A DNA stretch of 64,000 bases from Candidatus Micrarchaeota archaeon (GCA_021799475.1 JAJZAJ010000002.1:82855-146854), one strand, 5' to 3'; shown: positions 25,953 to 37,446, counted from the first letter of the stretch. Translations and numbers: made by a program. The notes: generated from the sequence alone by a model not told the origin.

Positions 25953-28532
25953 ATGCAAGCCGAGATAATAGATAATATAAGATTCACTACGATATCGCCA
26001 GATATGATAAAGAAGATGAGCGTAGCCAAGCTCATAGTGGCTGACACATATAACGAGGAAGGCTATCCGATAGATGGAGGCCTTGTGGATCAGAGGCTCG
26101 GTGTTATAGACCCAGGGCTCAAGTGCAAGACATGCGGCGGAAGGGCGAAAAGCTGCCCGGGCCATTTCGGCCATCTGGAGCTCGTCAGACCCGTTATACA
26201 CCCGGAGTTCTCGAAGACGATATACTTGCTGCTGCAATCCACGTGCCATTCCTGCCACAGGATATTGCTTACCGAAGAACAGGTGTCTGATGTAAAAGCT
26301 GCAATAAAGAGCTTTTTTGTAGAAGACGTGCCGGATGAAAACGGAACCACTGTCGACATTACATCGCTTGCGACGACAATAGAGGATAGTGACAACAGGC
26401 TTGCTCTATTCAAAAAGCTTAAAGCAGTCAAAAAATGCCCGTATTGCGGCACTGTACAGCAGAAGAAAAAGTTTGAAAGACCTACCTTCTTTTACCTTAA
26501 CAACAGCAGGATGAAGCCTGATGAAGTCCATGACTGGCTCTCCAAAATAAGCGATGCGGATGTAAAGTTACTTGGTATAGATCCTGCGGCAACAAGGCCT
26601 GAATGGTTTGTGCTTACCACCCTGCTTGTGCCTCCGGTAAACGTGAGACCTTCCATAACACTCGAATCAGGAGAAAGGAGCGAGGACGACCTGACGCACA
26701 AATTACTTGACATTATAAGAATAAACCAGAGGCTCGAGCAGGATATAGATGCCGGAGCGCCTCAGATAATAATAGACGACCTCTGGGAGCTTCTGCAGTA
26801 TCAGGTCACTACATACTTTAACAATGAGACTCCAGGTGTTCCTGTAGCGAGGCATAGGAGCACAAGGCCTCTCAAGACGCTTGCGCAGAGGCTGAAGGGT
26901 AAGGAGGGCAGGTTAAGATACACTCTCTCTGGTAAGAGGGTGAACTTCTCCGCAAGGACCGTGATATCGGTTGATCCTACACTGACAATAAACCAGGTAG
27001 GTGTGCCATTAAAAATTGCCGAAAACCTTACAACCCCGTTTTATGTGACGCTCTGGAATATTGATGAGGCAAAGAGGCTTATCCAGCGCACTGAATATCC
27101 TATGATAATAAATGTGATAATGAAGGACGGTACAAGGAAAAGATTCACTGAGACTAACAGAGATGAAATCCTCAAGGCGCTGGAGCCGGGACAGATATTG
27201 GAGAAACAGCTTGTCGATAACGACCTTGTACTCTTCAACAGGCAGCCGACATTGCACAGGATATCTATAATGGCTCACGAAGCCAAAGTGCTCCCTGGAA
27301 AGACCCTCAGGCTAAACGTGTCTGTCGCATTCCCGTACAACGCTGACTTCGATGGAGACGAGATGAACCTCCATGTCCCTCAGTCATTGGAGGCGCAGGC
27401 AGAAGCAAGGTATCTCATGCAGCCTAAGCTGCAGTTCCTCAGTCCGAGAGACGGCAGGCCTATATTGTTCGCCAAGGAGGACGAGCTTGGAGGGATGTTC
27501 TTCCTCACTAGGGATGGAGCAGAATATTCTAAGGAGGATGCCTGCAGGATGCTTGCTTCCGTAGGGATCAACGAACTGCCCAAGCAGACCAAGGATGGGA
27601 CATACACCGGCAAAGGCATATTCTCCATGATACTTCCGAAGGACCTTGATTTTGAGTCGAAAACATCAAGCGGCAGAATCGCCATCAGGAAAGGGGAGCT
27701 TATAGAGGGGGTAATAGATGAGAAGAGCATGGGCGGGGGCGGTGCCCTTATTATCAAGATATTTGTCGATTACGGCCCGGATGTTGCAACGGCAATACTT
27801 GCAAAGACCTCAAGGCTTGCGCTCGGGGCCGCAGCTCAGGGAGGGCTTACCATAAGCATTAGGGACTATTACAATACAGAGAAACTTGATAAGGAAAGGA
27901 AGATTATAGCTGACCAGGTAGAAGCAAAGGCTATGGAGCTTGTGCAGAAATACAAGGAAAAGAAGCTGGATGCGCTTCCTGGATACACAAGGAAGGAGAC
28001 TCTCGAGATACTTGTCATGGCGCAGCTTGAGGAAGCGAGGCACCTGGCAGAGCAAAGCCTGCAGAAAGAGCTGACTACAGAAAATAATGCGTTCCTGATG
28101 TCAAAGGTAAGGGCGAGGGGCAATATAGTCAACATGGTCCAGATGTCTATGTTCCTTGGGCAGCAGGCTGTCAGGGGCAGGAGACCTTCGAGAGGCTATT
28201 CCGGGAGAATACTCCCGTATTTCAGGAAAAACAGCAGCAACCCGGAAGCAAAGGGGTACATCAAGTCATCATTCTTCGACGGGCTTTCCCCGACGGAATT
28301 CTATATGCACGCAATAGGTTCAAGAGACTCGTCAATGACGAAGTCGCTGATAACTGCTGTTTCCGGCTACCTGCAAAGAAGGCTCATAAATGCTATGCAG
28401 GATTTCTACGTTGATGAAAACAGCAGCGTAAAGGATGCCAGCGGTGCGTTGATACAGACAGTGTATGGAGGTGACGGAGTCGACCCGATGAAAGAAAGGG
28501 TCGCGAAGAACAAGATGCAGAAGACAGCATGA
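25953..28532 (+). CDS. rpoA1: DNA-directed RNA polymerase subunit A' (Rpo1N)
   Basis: 859 aa. Zn motifs CKTCGG...CPGHFGH, the catalytic NADFDGDEMNLH and RQPTLHR. Confidence 0.95.
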   Translation: MQAEIIDNIRFTTISPDMIKKMSVAKLIVADTYNEEGYPIDGGLVDQRLGVIDPGLKCKTCGGRAKSCPGHFGHLELVRPVIHPEFSKTIYLLLQSTCHSCHRILLTEEQVSDVKAAIKSFFVEDVPDENGTTVDITSLATTIEDSDNRLALFKKLKAVKKCPYCGTVQQKKKFERPTFFYLNNSRMKPDEVHDWLSKISDADVKLLGIDPAATRPEWFVLTTLLVPPVNVRPSITLESGERSEDDLTHKLLDIIRINQRLEQDIDAGAPQIIIDDLWELLQYQVTTYFNNETPGVPVARHRSTRPLKTLAQRLKGKEGRLRYTLSGKRVNFSARTVISVDPTLTINQVGVPLKIAENLTTPFYVTLWNIDEAKRLIQRTEYPMIINVIMKDGTRKRFTETNRDEILKALEPGQILEKQLVDNDLVLFNRQPTLHRISIMAHEAKVLPGKTLRLNVSVAFPYNADFDGDEMNLHVPQSLEAQAEARYLMQPKLQFLSPRDGRPILFAKEDELGGMFFLTRDGAEYSKEDACRMLASVGINELPKQTKDGTYTGKGIFSMILPKDLDFESKTSSGRIAIRKGELIEGVIDEKSMGGGGALIIKIFVDYGPDVATAILAKTSRLALGAAAQGGLTISIRDYYNTEKLDKERKIIADQVEAKAMELVQKYKEKKLDALPGYTRKETLEILVMAQLEEARHLAEQSLQKELTTENNAFLMSKVRARGNIVNMVQMSMFLGQQAVRGRRPSRGYSGRILPYFRKNSSNPEAKGYIKSSFFDGLSPTEFYMHAIGSRDSSMTKSLITAVSGYLQRRLINAMQDFYVDENSSVKDASGALIQTVYGGDGVDPMKERVAKNKMQKTA

Positions 28533-28549
28533 TGTATAGAAATATATAG

Positions 28550-29659
<1,110 letters not shown>

Positions 29660-29747
29660 AATCTCTTTGTGTTTTGGAATGATAAATGGCTGGTTGCAAT
29701 AAGGTTAAATTACTTTGTTAAGCAACTATTTCTGTTTTGGTGAAAAT

Positions 29748-29972
29748 ATGCAGCAGGAAAGACCTTTTGATTTGTTGAACAAGATGCTGGGAAAGCAGAT
29801 GATGGTGAGGCTGAAGGGAGGCACACATATAAGAGGCACCCTTGTGTCCTTCGATATACACATGAACCTTGTTATACATGACGCGGAGGAGGTCGAGGAC
29901 GGGGCAGCAAAGGCCAAGATAGGCACTCTCCTTCTGAGGGGAGGCAACATAATATATGTGTCTCCGGTCTGA
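29748..29972 (+). CDS. Sm-like archaeal protein (SmAP/LSm)
   Basis: PFDLLNKMLGKQMMVRLKGGTHIRGTLVSFDIHMNLVIHDAEE...LLLRGGNIIYVSP contains the Sm1 and Sm2 motifs. The start is taken at the ATG at 29748. Confidence 0.85.
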   Translation: MQQERPFDLLNKMLGKQMMVRLKGGTHIRGTLVSFDIHMNLVIHDAEEVEDGAAKAKIGTLLLRGGNIIYVSPV

Positions 29973-30014
29973 GGAATGCAACCTCTTTTATGGATTATTG
30001 TTGCTGCTTCTTGC

Positions 30015-30089
30015 GGGCTTGTAGCGTAACGGTAGCGCACCTGCATGGCATGCAGGGGGTTGCGGGTTCAAATCCCGCCAAGTCCACCA
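30015..30089 (+). tRNA. tRNA-Ala (anticodon GGC) with encoded CCA
   Basis: Acceptor GGGCTTG/CAAGTCC with the G3:U70 Ala identity pair, D-arm GCGT-AACGGTA-GCGC, anticodon arm CCTGC-ATGGCAT-GCAGG and T-arm GCGGG-TTCAAAT-CCCGC, then ACCA. Confidence 0.9.
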
Positions 30090-30205
30090 TAATTTTCTAA
30101 TAGTAGATCAGAGATATATGCAGAATCACGAACTCCTATAGTAATTCTATCATTTTTCACAATCTTTATATATTTCTGATACGTTTACTACTATGAGGTA
30201 ATATT

Positions 30206-30583
30206 ATGGTAAAAATAACCAGAGAAATGGCCGTGCCGGTAGAAAAAATAATCCGTCAAATGAAAAGTAACAGTTTAGATCCTGCTGCGATGGAGAGAGA
30301 TGCCAGCGAACTACTGCGGATATTTGGAGAGCGGGCGAACAAAGGATTTGAGAAGCGAATGAACGGGATAGATCCACTCGCCGTCCCTGCATCGCGTGAC
30401 TTGATACGCATAGAATTTGACACTATGAATAAAAAAATATTGACCAACAGCATAGATTATAAGTTGATGGACAGCGACCTCAATGAATTGATAGGGACAT
30501 TTGTTGAGGCGCTTCAGGTAGCAGCTGCTGCAGAAGCTGCTGAAGCAATAAGCAGACTCCACGAGCGAATCTTTAATCTGTAA
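30206..30583 (+). CDS. hypothetical protein (125 aa, helical)
   Basis: ORF with upstream TATA-like CTTTATATATTT. No motif. Confidence 0.45.
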   Translation: MVKITREMAVPVEKIIRQMKSNSLDPAAMERDASELLRIFGERANKGFEKRMNGIDPLAVPASRDLIRIEFDTMNKKILTNSIDYKLMDSDLNELIGTFVEALQVAAAAEAAEAISRLHERIFNL

Positions 30584-30620
30584 GTTTTAGCGAGCCATAT
30601 CTATAATATGCTGTGACATT

Positions 30621-31052
30621 ATGTCGACTAAGCTTTGGACAACAAAAGGTTATGGGAAATGGCTCCCTTTGCCAGAAAGTACAGACGAACAAGGTAGGAA
30701 AATAGAGCGCTGCTTGGTCATATTGGATCCAGGTGCCGACACCGGAATGTCTGTCGGCAGAGACAAGAAAGACAAGGATAACTTGAGACCACACCCGGAT
30801 ACCACGCAAGAGAAGATGACTGTCATAGACTATGTAGCGCCTAAAAGCCAAAGATTCACGATAGCCACAATAGTAAGAAGGTTCAATACTGGAGCTGAAA
30901 ATGATGATGGTGTAGTCGTGACCGACAAACCGCTTGGACCGGGACAGAGCATGCTTACTGTTGAAGAGAATGGTGCCGGTTATTGGCATGTCATAGAGAA
31001 CCATTCTGAATTACCACAGCTAATCAGGTTCGAGAAGACAGTCAAAGCCTAA
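30621..31052 (+). CDS. hypothetical protein (143 aa)
   Basis: ORF following the previous gene on the same strand. No motif. Confidence 0.45.
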   Translation: MSTKLWTTKGYGKWLPLPESTDEQGRKIERCLVILDPGADTGMSVGRDKKDKDNLRPHPDTTQEKMTVIDYVAPKSQRFTIATIVRRFNTGAENDDGVVVTDKPLGPGQSMLTVEENGAGYWHVIENHSELPQLIRFEKTVKA

Positions 31053-31374
31053 AAATCTCATTATTTTCATTATTTATTACAGGATAAAATGCAGGGGACC
31101 AGAACACCAATAGCTTCTGACTTACCGAAAATCGAATTGTCAAAAAACAGTTTTCTGGAAGCAGATATATCTAGATCTATACCAGCAGGGTACCGAATGG
31201 TAAGCGAGAAGGTCTTGATTATATCTCAAAAAAGCCTAAAGAGAACCTATTGCACCCTTCTCAACTTAGAGCGTCGCCCAGTTTATAGCATACCTTGAAA
31301 GCCTTACAACTCTTGACCTTGAGTTTACAATGGCAACTCCTGTAATAACTTGTTTGATTATAAGGTTTCCCTGA

Positions 31375-32436
31375 CTAAACTGAGTATTTCCTGCCTCTCC
31401 ATTCTATACTCTGCATGTTGTTTGCAATCAAGAGATTGACTAAGAATATCGCAGGCATTGCAAGCGCAATGATGAAGAAACCCCTACAGCTCTGCCTCAG
31501 CCTTCTCCTCAGCTTCATGATACCTATTGATCTTGGCACTAACAGAAGGATAAACATATAAGAGACAAATATCGATAGCAACACACCTGAAACAAGAAGC
31601 ACATTATCGAAAAGATAGAATACAACCCCGAACTGGAAGTTCTTCCTATTCCCCCTTATCGAGAAGGCTGTCTGCCTGTTTGCCCATTCCCAGAAAGTCG
31701 TCCTCGTATCTTTGGTTTCTACAATAGGCGCTGCGCTGGGAACATATGCAAGCTCCAATCCCTTTTCCTTCACAAAATCCGTTATCGCTATGTCATCTGA
31801 AAGATACCTAGAAAATCTTGCAACTTTGCCTGCTATTATCTCCTTCCTGAATGCGAGGCTGCCTCCCCAGCCGAACCTCAGCAGCTTTGACTCTAGCATA
31901 CCGTTGCCGACAAACCCCCACACCATTTTCACTCTTGACCAGAACCCTCCGGTCGCCTTGAAATAAGGATATGATGTCGATAATCCCACCCTCTTATCAG
32001 CAAGAGGAGCTATAAGTTTTGAAAGCCAGCTCCGTTCAACATTTATATCAGAATCGGCTATCACGTATACATCGTAATCACTGTTCGCGGCTATAGCCGT
32101 AGAAAGCGCGTTCACTTTTCCACTTCCTCTACAAAACTTTTTTGATGTGGTGATATAGTCAAGCCCTGCCTTTTTTATAACCTTTAGAGCAATATCTTTT
32201 TCATTATCTACTATTGCCAGTATCTCGAAATTCCCGTATTTTTGATTTTTTATAGACTTTAGGTTCCTCTCAAGCCCTATATCTAACCCTTTGCAAGGCA
32301 CCATAACAAGCACTTTCGGGAAAAAATCCTTTTTTATAGAATAAGAGTCCTTAACTGGCCTTTTTATCGCGATATAAAAATAGAAAAATGCAGTAAGACT
32401 AATGAAAACCTCATAAGACATTATCGCAATTGACAC
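31375..32436 (-). CDS. family 2 glycosyltransferase, membrane-bound
   Basis: 353 aa. An N-terminal TM, then VLVMVPCKGLD...NQKYGNFEILAIVDNEKD, the DxD-like IADSDI, C-terminal TMs, and a (Q/R)xxRW-like WANRQTAFS. Confidence 0.8.
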   Translation of the reverse strand: MSIAIMSYEVFISLTAFFYFYIAIKRPVKDSYSIKKDFFPKVLVMVPCKGLDIGLERNLKSIKNQKYGNFEILAIVDNEKDIALKVIKKAGLDYITTSKKFCRGSGKVNALSTAIAANSDYDVYVIADSDINVERSWLSKLIAPLADKRVGLSTSYPYFKATGGFWSRVKMVWGFVGNGMLESKLLRFGWGGSLAFRKEIIAGKVARFSRYLSDDIAITDFVKEKGLELAYVPSAAPIVETKDTRTTFWEWANRQTAFSIRGNRKNFQFGVVFYLFDNVLLVSGVLLSIFVSYMFILLLVPRSIGIMKLRRRLRQSCRGFFIIALAMPAIFLVNLLIANNMQSIEWRGRKYSV

Positions 32437-32510
32437 ATTACCACTCCTTATACTGATGCTGCATGCTGCTTTTTAAATACTCTTTGATAATTTAATAATA
32501 TGGTGGAAAT

Positions 32511-32825
32511 ATGGTAGCAGTAAAACTGGAAATAAAGAAAAACGACTTGAAGGAGGGGAAACCCATAAAGGTGGAAGCTTCTGGAAAAAATATTATGCTT
32601 GTGCTGTTATCTAAAAAAGTTTATGCCATCGATAGTATTTGCAGCCACAGAGGCGGGCCGCTTGAACAGGGTAAGATGGAAGGAAAGATGATCGTATGCC
32701 CATGGCATGGAGCAAAATATGATGTCACTACAGGCAAAGTAGACCCTAGTACAAATTGGGGAAAATTCCAGCAAAGTTTTGAGGTGTCAGAAAGCCCTAA
32801 TGGAGAATTGAGTATCGAGATTTAA
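32511..32825 (+). CDS. Rieske [2Fe-2S] ferredoxin-type protein
   Basis: 104 aa. CSHRGGPL ... CPWHGAKYD are the Rieske CxH...CxxH ligands. Confidence 0.85.
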   Translation: MVAVKLEIKKNDLKEGKPIKVEASGKNIMLVLLSKKVYAIDSICSHRGGPLEQGKMEGKMIVCPWHGAKYDVTTGKVDPSTNWGKFQQSFEVSESPNGELSIEI

Positions 32826-32875
32826 CTTGCAAGTTAATTGATTCTGTCGCATCAAGTTATCTGCCGTCTTGGTTA

Positions 32876-34267
32876 CTACCCGACTCTGGCAAGCGCCTTA
32901 GAATCAAGGATTTTCTTTAGCTCCTCCTTTGTAAATAGCTTTTGATCCAGGCATACCTGCCTCACTGTCTTGTTTTCTTTCAGTGCCTTTCTCGCGATTG
33001 CTGCGGCTCTGCTGTATCCTATATGGGGCGCAAGGGCAGTAGCGAGGCTTAGATTTTCCTCGATGTGTTGTTTTATCCTCTCTTCATTCGCCTTTATACC
33101 TATTACGCATTTTTGCCTGAATACGTCGACTCCTTTTGACAATATCTCTATTGAGTAGAGAAGATTATATGCTATTATCGGCATGTATACATTGAGCTCC
33201 AGCTGCCCAAGAAGGGCACCTTCTTCGTTCTCTTTGTCTTTTCCTGCGACATCTAACGATACCATTATCAGCATCTCCGGTATACTCGGGTTTATCTTCC
33301 CAGGCATTATTGATGAGCCTGGCTGCACAGGAGGAAGCGTTATTTCTCCCAGACCGGATCTTGGCCCTGAGGAAAGCAGCCTCAAGTCATTAGATATTTT
33401 GTTCAATAGAGTAGCAAGAGAACGGAGAGCACCGCTGACCCATAGCTCCTCTATCTGGTTCTGTTGGATGTCAAAGAAATTGTGTGCAGATCTGAGCTGC
33501 ACTCCGCTTATCTTCCTCAACTCCTTGACGACTGCCTTGGAATACCCTTTGTACGCCTCTATGCCGGTGCCTACGGCAGTTCCGCCCAGCGAAACATCGA
33601 GAAGAGCATCCGATATCATTTTGATTGATTTTATCTGCCGCTCCAAAGCAGATGCATATCCGGAAAATTCCTCACCAAGAGTCATAGGGACAGCATCCTG
33701 CATGTGCGTCCTTCCTATCTTAACGATGTTTCTGAAATCCATGGCCTTCTTGAAAAATGCTTTCTGAAGGCGCTCGAGTCGTGGAATCAGAGTATTGTGG
33801 AGTTCGTCATATACAGTAAGATGTATGCATGCGTGGAAAGTATCGTTTGTAGATTGCGACATGTTGACGTCATCGTTCGGATGCACGAGCTTGTAATTGC
33901 CCTTCCTGCCACCCAGAATCTCTATCGCCCTATTTGCAATTACCTCATTGAGATTCATGTTGACGCTTGTTCCCGCGCCTGCTTGGTAAATATCAGTAGT
34001 GAATTGCTCGGCATGCATTCCGGCAATTAGCTCATTGCATGCCTTCACTATCGCACTTCCCTTTTTGCTTTCGAGCTTCCCGAACTTAATGTGCGTCAGT
34101 GCTGCTGCCTTCTTTATCATTGCGTAGTGCCTTATAAAGGTATTTGGCAGGCTTATCCCGGATATCGGGAAATTGTTTATCGCTCTCTGCGTTTCGGAAC
34201 CATAGTAAGCGTCAGTCGGTACTTTTACGGAACCGAGAACATCGCGCTCTTTCCTATATCTTGGCAT
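32876..34267 (-). CDS. class II fumarate hydratase / aspartate ammonia-lyase family enzyme
   Basis: 463 aa with the signature GSSIMPGKINP. The following residues SIPEML resemble the aspartase pattern (NPV-I/M-PE) more than the fumarase pattern (NPTQCE). The gene lies next to the sdh operon. Confidence 0.9.
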   Translation of the reverse strand: MPRYRKERDVLGSVKVPTDAYYGSETQRAINNFPISGISLPNTFIRHYAMIKKAAALTHIKFGKLESKKGSAIVKACNELIAGMHAEQFTTDIYQAGAGTSVNMNLNEVIANRAIEILGGRKGNYKLVHPNDDVNMSQSTNDTFHACIHLTVYDELHNTLIPRLERLQKAFFKKAMDFRNIVKIGRTHMQDAVPMTLGEEFSGYASALERQIKSIKMISDALLDVSLGGTAVGTGIEAYKGYSKAVVKELRKISGVQLRSAHNFFDIQQNQIEELWVSGALRSLATLLNKISNDLRLLSSGPRSGLGEITLPPVQPGSSIMPGKINPSIPEMLIMVSLDVAGKDKENEEGALLGQLELNVYMPIIAYNLLYSIEILSKGVDVFRQKCVIGIKANEERIKQHIEENLSLATALAPHIGYSRAAAIARKALKENKTVRQVCLDQKLFTKEELKKILDSKALARVG

Positions 34268-34271
34268 CTCT

Positions 34272-35042
34272 TCACTTCTTTTTGATTCTCTGCTCAGGTT
34301 TATTTAACTTTCCCAGGAAGCCATTTTTGATTATCTCGAATTTCAAGGACTGTATCGCAAGAGCTGGATCTACGCCTTTGGGGCATACTTTAGAACAACT
34401 GCCGGAAAATTCGCATCCCCATGCTCCCTTCAGGCTGTCGACCTCTATCAGCCTGCTTTGCCCTGCCTGATCCCTTGAATCCTTGTAATATCGATATGCT
34501 TGCGATAGCGCCTGTGGACCGATAAAATCCCTGTTTGTGTTGACGACAGGACAGGCATCGTAGCATAAGCCGCATTTTATGCATTCCGAAAACGTAAGGA
34601 ACCCGTCGCGCTCCTTTTCAGATTGTTTATATTCCTTTTTCGCCGCAAACTTCTCTTTTTTGTCCTTCCTGAAGAGCCATGGCTTAACGCTCTTGTGGTC
34701 TTCAAAAAAGTCATCGAAATCATTAACAAGATCCTTGAGTATTGGATGGCCTTCCATCGGCGCGACAACGATGCTATCCCTGCTTTCAAGTTCCTTGAAT
34801 ACGTTTGTCTCGCAGGCAAGCCTTGGCTTCCCGTTTATTACCATGGCGCAGCTGCCGCATATCCCCATTCTGCAGCTGTACCGGAATGATACCGTAGCAT
34901 CACGTTTCTCCTTGATATGTATCAGAGCATCTAGGACAGAGGCAAACTTGCGCTCCTTTATCTCGTAGAGCCTGCTCCTGAACTGCCTGATCTTGGTATC
35001 GAAGCCCCTGATGACAATCTTGACATGCTTGCTTTCATCCAT
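34272..35042 (-). CDS. sdhB: succinate dehydrogenase/fumarate reductase iron-sulfur subunit
   Basis: CRMGICGSCAMVINGKPRLAC (2Fe-2S), CIKCGLCYDACP (4Fe-4S) and CSKVCPKGVDP (3Fe-4S). The ATG at 35042 overlaps the sdhD stop. Confidence 0.9.
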   Translation of the reverse strand: MDESKHVKIVIRGFDTKIRQFRSRLYEIKERKFASVLDALIHIKEKRDATVSFRYSCRMGICGSCAMVINGKPRLACETNVFKELESRDSIVVAPMEGHPILKDLVNDFDDFFEDHKSVKPWLFRKDKKEKFAAKKEYKQSEKERDGFLTFSECIKCGLCYDACPVVNTNRDFIGPQALSQAYRYYKDSRDQAGQSRLIEVDSLKGAWGCEFSGSCSKVCPKGVDPALAIQSLKFEIIKNGFLGKLNKPEQRIKKK

Positions 35043-35226
35043 GTATGAACACCTCCCTGAATCCAAGGGCTCCGTATATGAGGCTGCCAATACCCAGCAG
35101 AATTCCCAAAAGGTATTTCAGTGGATCGAAAACCGTAAAGTAGGACAAAATTGCTATCAGGAACATCAGTATCGGCACACCTATCATCGCGGCGTAAAAT
35201 AACCACATTCTACTGAATTCCATCAT
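35035..35226 (-). CDS. sdhD: succinate dehydrogenase small membrane subunit (putative SdhD, 63 aa)
   Basis: Two hydrophobic helices. The ATG at 35226 overlaps the sdhC stop (ATGA), so the longer ORF-track version overlapping sdhC is unlikely. Confidence 0.5.
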   Translation of the reverse strand: MMEFSRMWLFYAAMIGVPILMFLIAILSYFTVFDPLKYLLGILLGIGSLIYGALGFREVFIHG

Positions 35227-35636
35227 AAACTCCACCATACCAGCATTGCAAAAAATCCTAATATCCATATGGCAGTTGCAATATACGGAAGCACTATCAG
35301 AGCTCCGCCAAGCGGGTGATATTTCGCTTTGTATGTTTTCTCGAACTCTGTATTGAGATGCCCAAAAGCCATGCCCTTGCTTAGTGTCATAACTATTGCT
35401 TTTCTTGCAGCGAATACCTGCGGAGTGAATAGAATCCAAATCAGCGCCGTGGCAACTTTTACTTCAAAATCCAGACCAGGTACAGCATACCAAAGCAGCA
35501 CAAGTATGCCGTAGGCAATGGAAGCGAATATCGCTATCCTGTAGAACACCATATGCAGGAAGGCCCACTGGTCGAATGAGGCAAGCCTGCTTATGTTGGT
35601 CGTTTTTCCACGTACATCATACAGGTTTTTATGCAT
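35223..35636 (-). CDS. sdhC: succinate dehydrogenase membrane anchor subunit (putative SdhC)
   Basis: 137 aa with 3-4 TM helices. Positioned between sdhA and sdhD/B. His residues are available for heme ligation. Confidence 0.6.
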   Translation of the reverse strand: MHKNLYDVRGKTTNISRLASFDQWAFLHMVFYRIAIFASIAYGILVLLWYAVPGLDFEVKVATALIWILFTPQVFAARKAIVMTLSKGMAFGHLNTEFEKTYKAKYHPLGGALIVLPYIATAIWILGFFAMLVWWSL

Positions 35637-35645
35637 CGTATCAGC

Positions 35646-37388
35646 TCAGTAATGTCTTGCTTCCGGTTTCCAATTTGTTATCTTTACCTTCACATATTCA
35701 AGCGTGATTCCCTCCTTTTTCTTATACATTATGCTGTGCTTCAGGAAATTTTTATCGTCTCTTGATGGATACTCGTGCATCGCATGCGCGCCTCTGCTTT
35801 CCTTTCTGTTTATTGCCCCAGTTATCACAGTTTCTGCCAGTCCAATCATGTTCCCTATCTCTACAGTATCCCTCAGGTTTGTGTTATAAACTTTGCTTTT
35901 ATCCTCTACAGACACATCTTTGAATCTTTCTTTAAGCTCGTGCACAGTTTTGAGCGCTCGCCTTAATCCTGCATTATTCCTGTACACGTTTACATCGCGC
36001 TCCATCGCTGCCCAGAGCTCTCTCCTAATCTCATAAGGGCTCTCACTGCCATTTTTTGTTAGCAGGATATTGATTTTTCCCTCTTCATCGTAAAGTCTGC
36101 CTACGAGCGGGAGGGTGGTTTTGCTCCTTGCCAGGGCGCGTTTTGCGGCCTTCTCTCCAGTTATCTTGCCCCATATTACGCATTGGCTCAGTGAATTGCT
36201 TCCAAGCCTATTGGCCCCATGGACGCTTACGCACCCGCATTCCCCCGCAGCCCAGAGTCCCGAAACCTTCTTTCCAGAGACAGAGAGCACATTCCCGTCT
36301 ATGCCAACATGTATTCCACCCATTGTGAAATGCGCTGCAGGCCTTACAGGCAGCGGTTCCTTTGATGGATCTATGCCAAGCTGCTTTATTGAAATCTCTT
36401 TTATCATAGGCAGCTTCTCATCTATATCGCGGTCACCTATGTGCCTGAGGTCAAGCTGCACATGCTCTATGTCTCCAAACCTGCTGTCTGTCACACCCAT
36501 CCCGGCAGCGAACTCGCTGTAGATCGCCCTTGAAACTATGTCCCGAGGAGCAAGTTCCATCTTGGAAGCAGCGTATTTTTTCATAAAACGCTCTCCTTTT
36601 GCATTGAGAAGATACGCCCCCTCTCCCCTGGCAGCTTCAGTTATAAGTATACCGCTTGGTATCAGAGCAGTAGGATGGAATTGAACGAACTCCATATCTT
36701 TTAGCGGCAACCCCGCATTGTATGCTAGAGCAATGCCATCGCCTGTGGAGGAATATGAGGTTGTGGTAAACTGGTATATCCTGGCAAAACCCCCTGTTGC
36801 AATTATGCCGTTGCCTGAAGAGAAGAACACAGTATCCCTGGTAGCCATATCCATTGTGAATATTCCTTTGAAATCATTCTTGTTCATTATCATGGCAGTA
36901 GCCAGGTGCTCGTGGAAGAAGTCCACATTGCTAAACTCGAGAAGAGTGTCATAAAGGGCGCTCATCATGAAGAAACCTGTTTTATCAGCTGCGAATGCTG
37001 TCCTAGGTACGCTCATGCCTCCAAAAGGCCTTTGCCCTATACGTGCATCATCAAGCCTGTTCCATGGAACACCCAGATGGTCGAACAGCTTTATCTCATT
37101 CGGTGCATTCTTCACAAGCAGCTGCACTGCATCCTGGTCCGCCAGGTAGTCAGAGCCTTTTATTGTATCAAAAGCATGCAATCTCTCGTTGTCCTTGTTC
37201 TTCTTCGGATACAAGACGCCAGATATGCCTCCTTCTGCTGCTACCGAATGGCTTCTCATAGCATGCAGTTTCGATATGACCGCTATTCTCAATCTTCCCT
37301 TGCTTGCCCTTGCGGCTTCTAGAGCAGCGCGCATCCCTGCAAGCCCGCTGCCTAGAACAACAACATCATACTTTAGTACCTCCATCAT
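35646..37388 (-). CDS. sdhA: succinate dehydrogenase/fumarate reductase flavoprotein subunit
   Basis: 580 aa. VVVLGSGLAGMRAALEA (FAD fold), RSHSVAAEGGI (covalent FAD His region), HPTAL and RGAHAMHEYP. Confidence 0.95.
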   Translation of the reverse strand: MMEVLKYDVVVLGSGLAGMRAALEAARASKGRLRIAVISKLHAMRSHSVAAEGGISGVLYPKKNKDNERLHAFDTIKGSDYLADQDAVQLLVKNAPNEIKLFDHLGVPWNRLDDARIGQRPFGGMSVPRTAFAADKTGFFMMSALYDTLLEFSNVDFFHEHLATAMIMNKNDFKGIFTMDMATRDTVFFSSGNGIIATGGFARIYQFTTTSYSSTGDGIALAYNAGLPLKDMEFVQFHPTALIPSGILITEAARGEGAYLLNAKGERFMKKYAASKMELAPRDIVSRAIYSEFAAGMGVTDSRFGDIEHVQLDLRHIGDRDIDEKLPMIKEISIKQLGIDPSKEPLPVRPAAHFTMGGIHVGIDGNVLSVSGKKVSGLWAAGECGCVSVHGANRLGSNSLSQCVIWGKITGEKAAKRALARSKTTLPLVGRLYDEEGKINILLTKNGSESPYEIRRELWAAMERDVNVYRNNAGLRRALKTVHELKERFKDVSVEDKSKVYNTNLRDTVEIGNMIGLAETVITGAINRKESRGAHAMHEYPSRDDKNFLKHSIMYKKKEGITLEYVKVKITNWKPEARHY

Positions 37389-37446
37389 TACTGCTTATCT
37401 GCCAAGCTTTAAAACGTTTGTCAGCAGCAATTGTATTGATAAATAG

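Noticed and set aside
31089-31298. 69-aa plus-strand ORF downstream of the 143-aa ORFan
   Set aside because: It has no promoter-like element at the right distance and no motif, and its composition is unremarkable. Evidence is insufficient to call it a gene.
35227-35439. Long version of the sdhD ORF (134 aa) overlapping sdhC by about 200 nt
   Set aside because: The overlapping N-terminal part is not hydrophobic and is read from the sdhC coding region. An ATGA-coupled internal start gives a clean two-helix protein.
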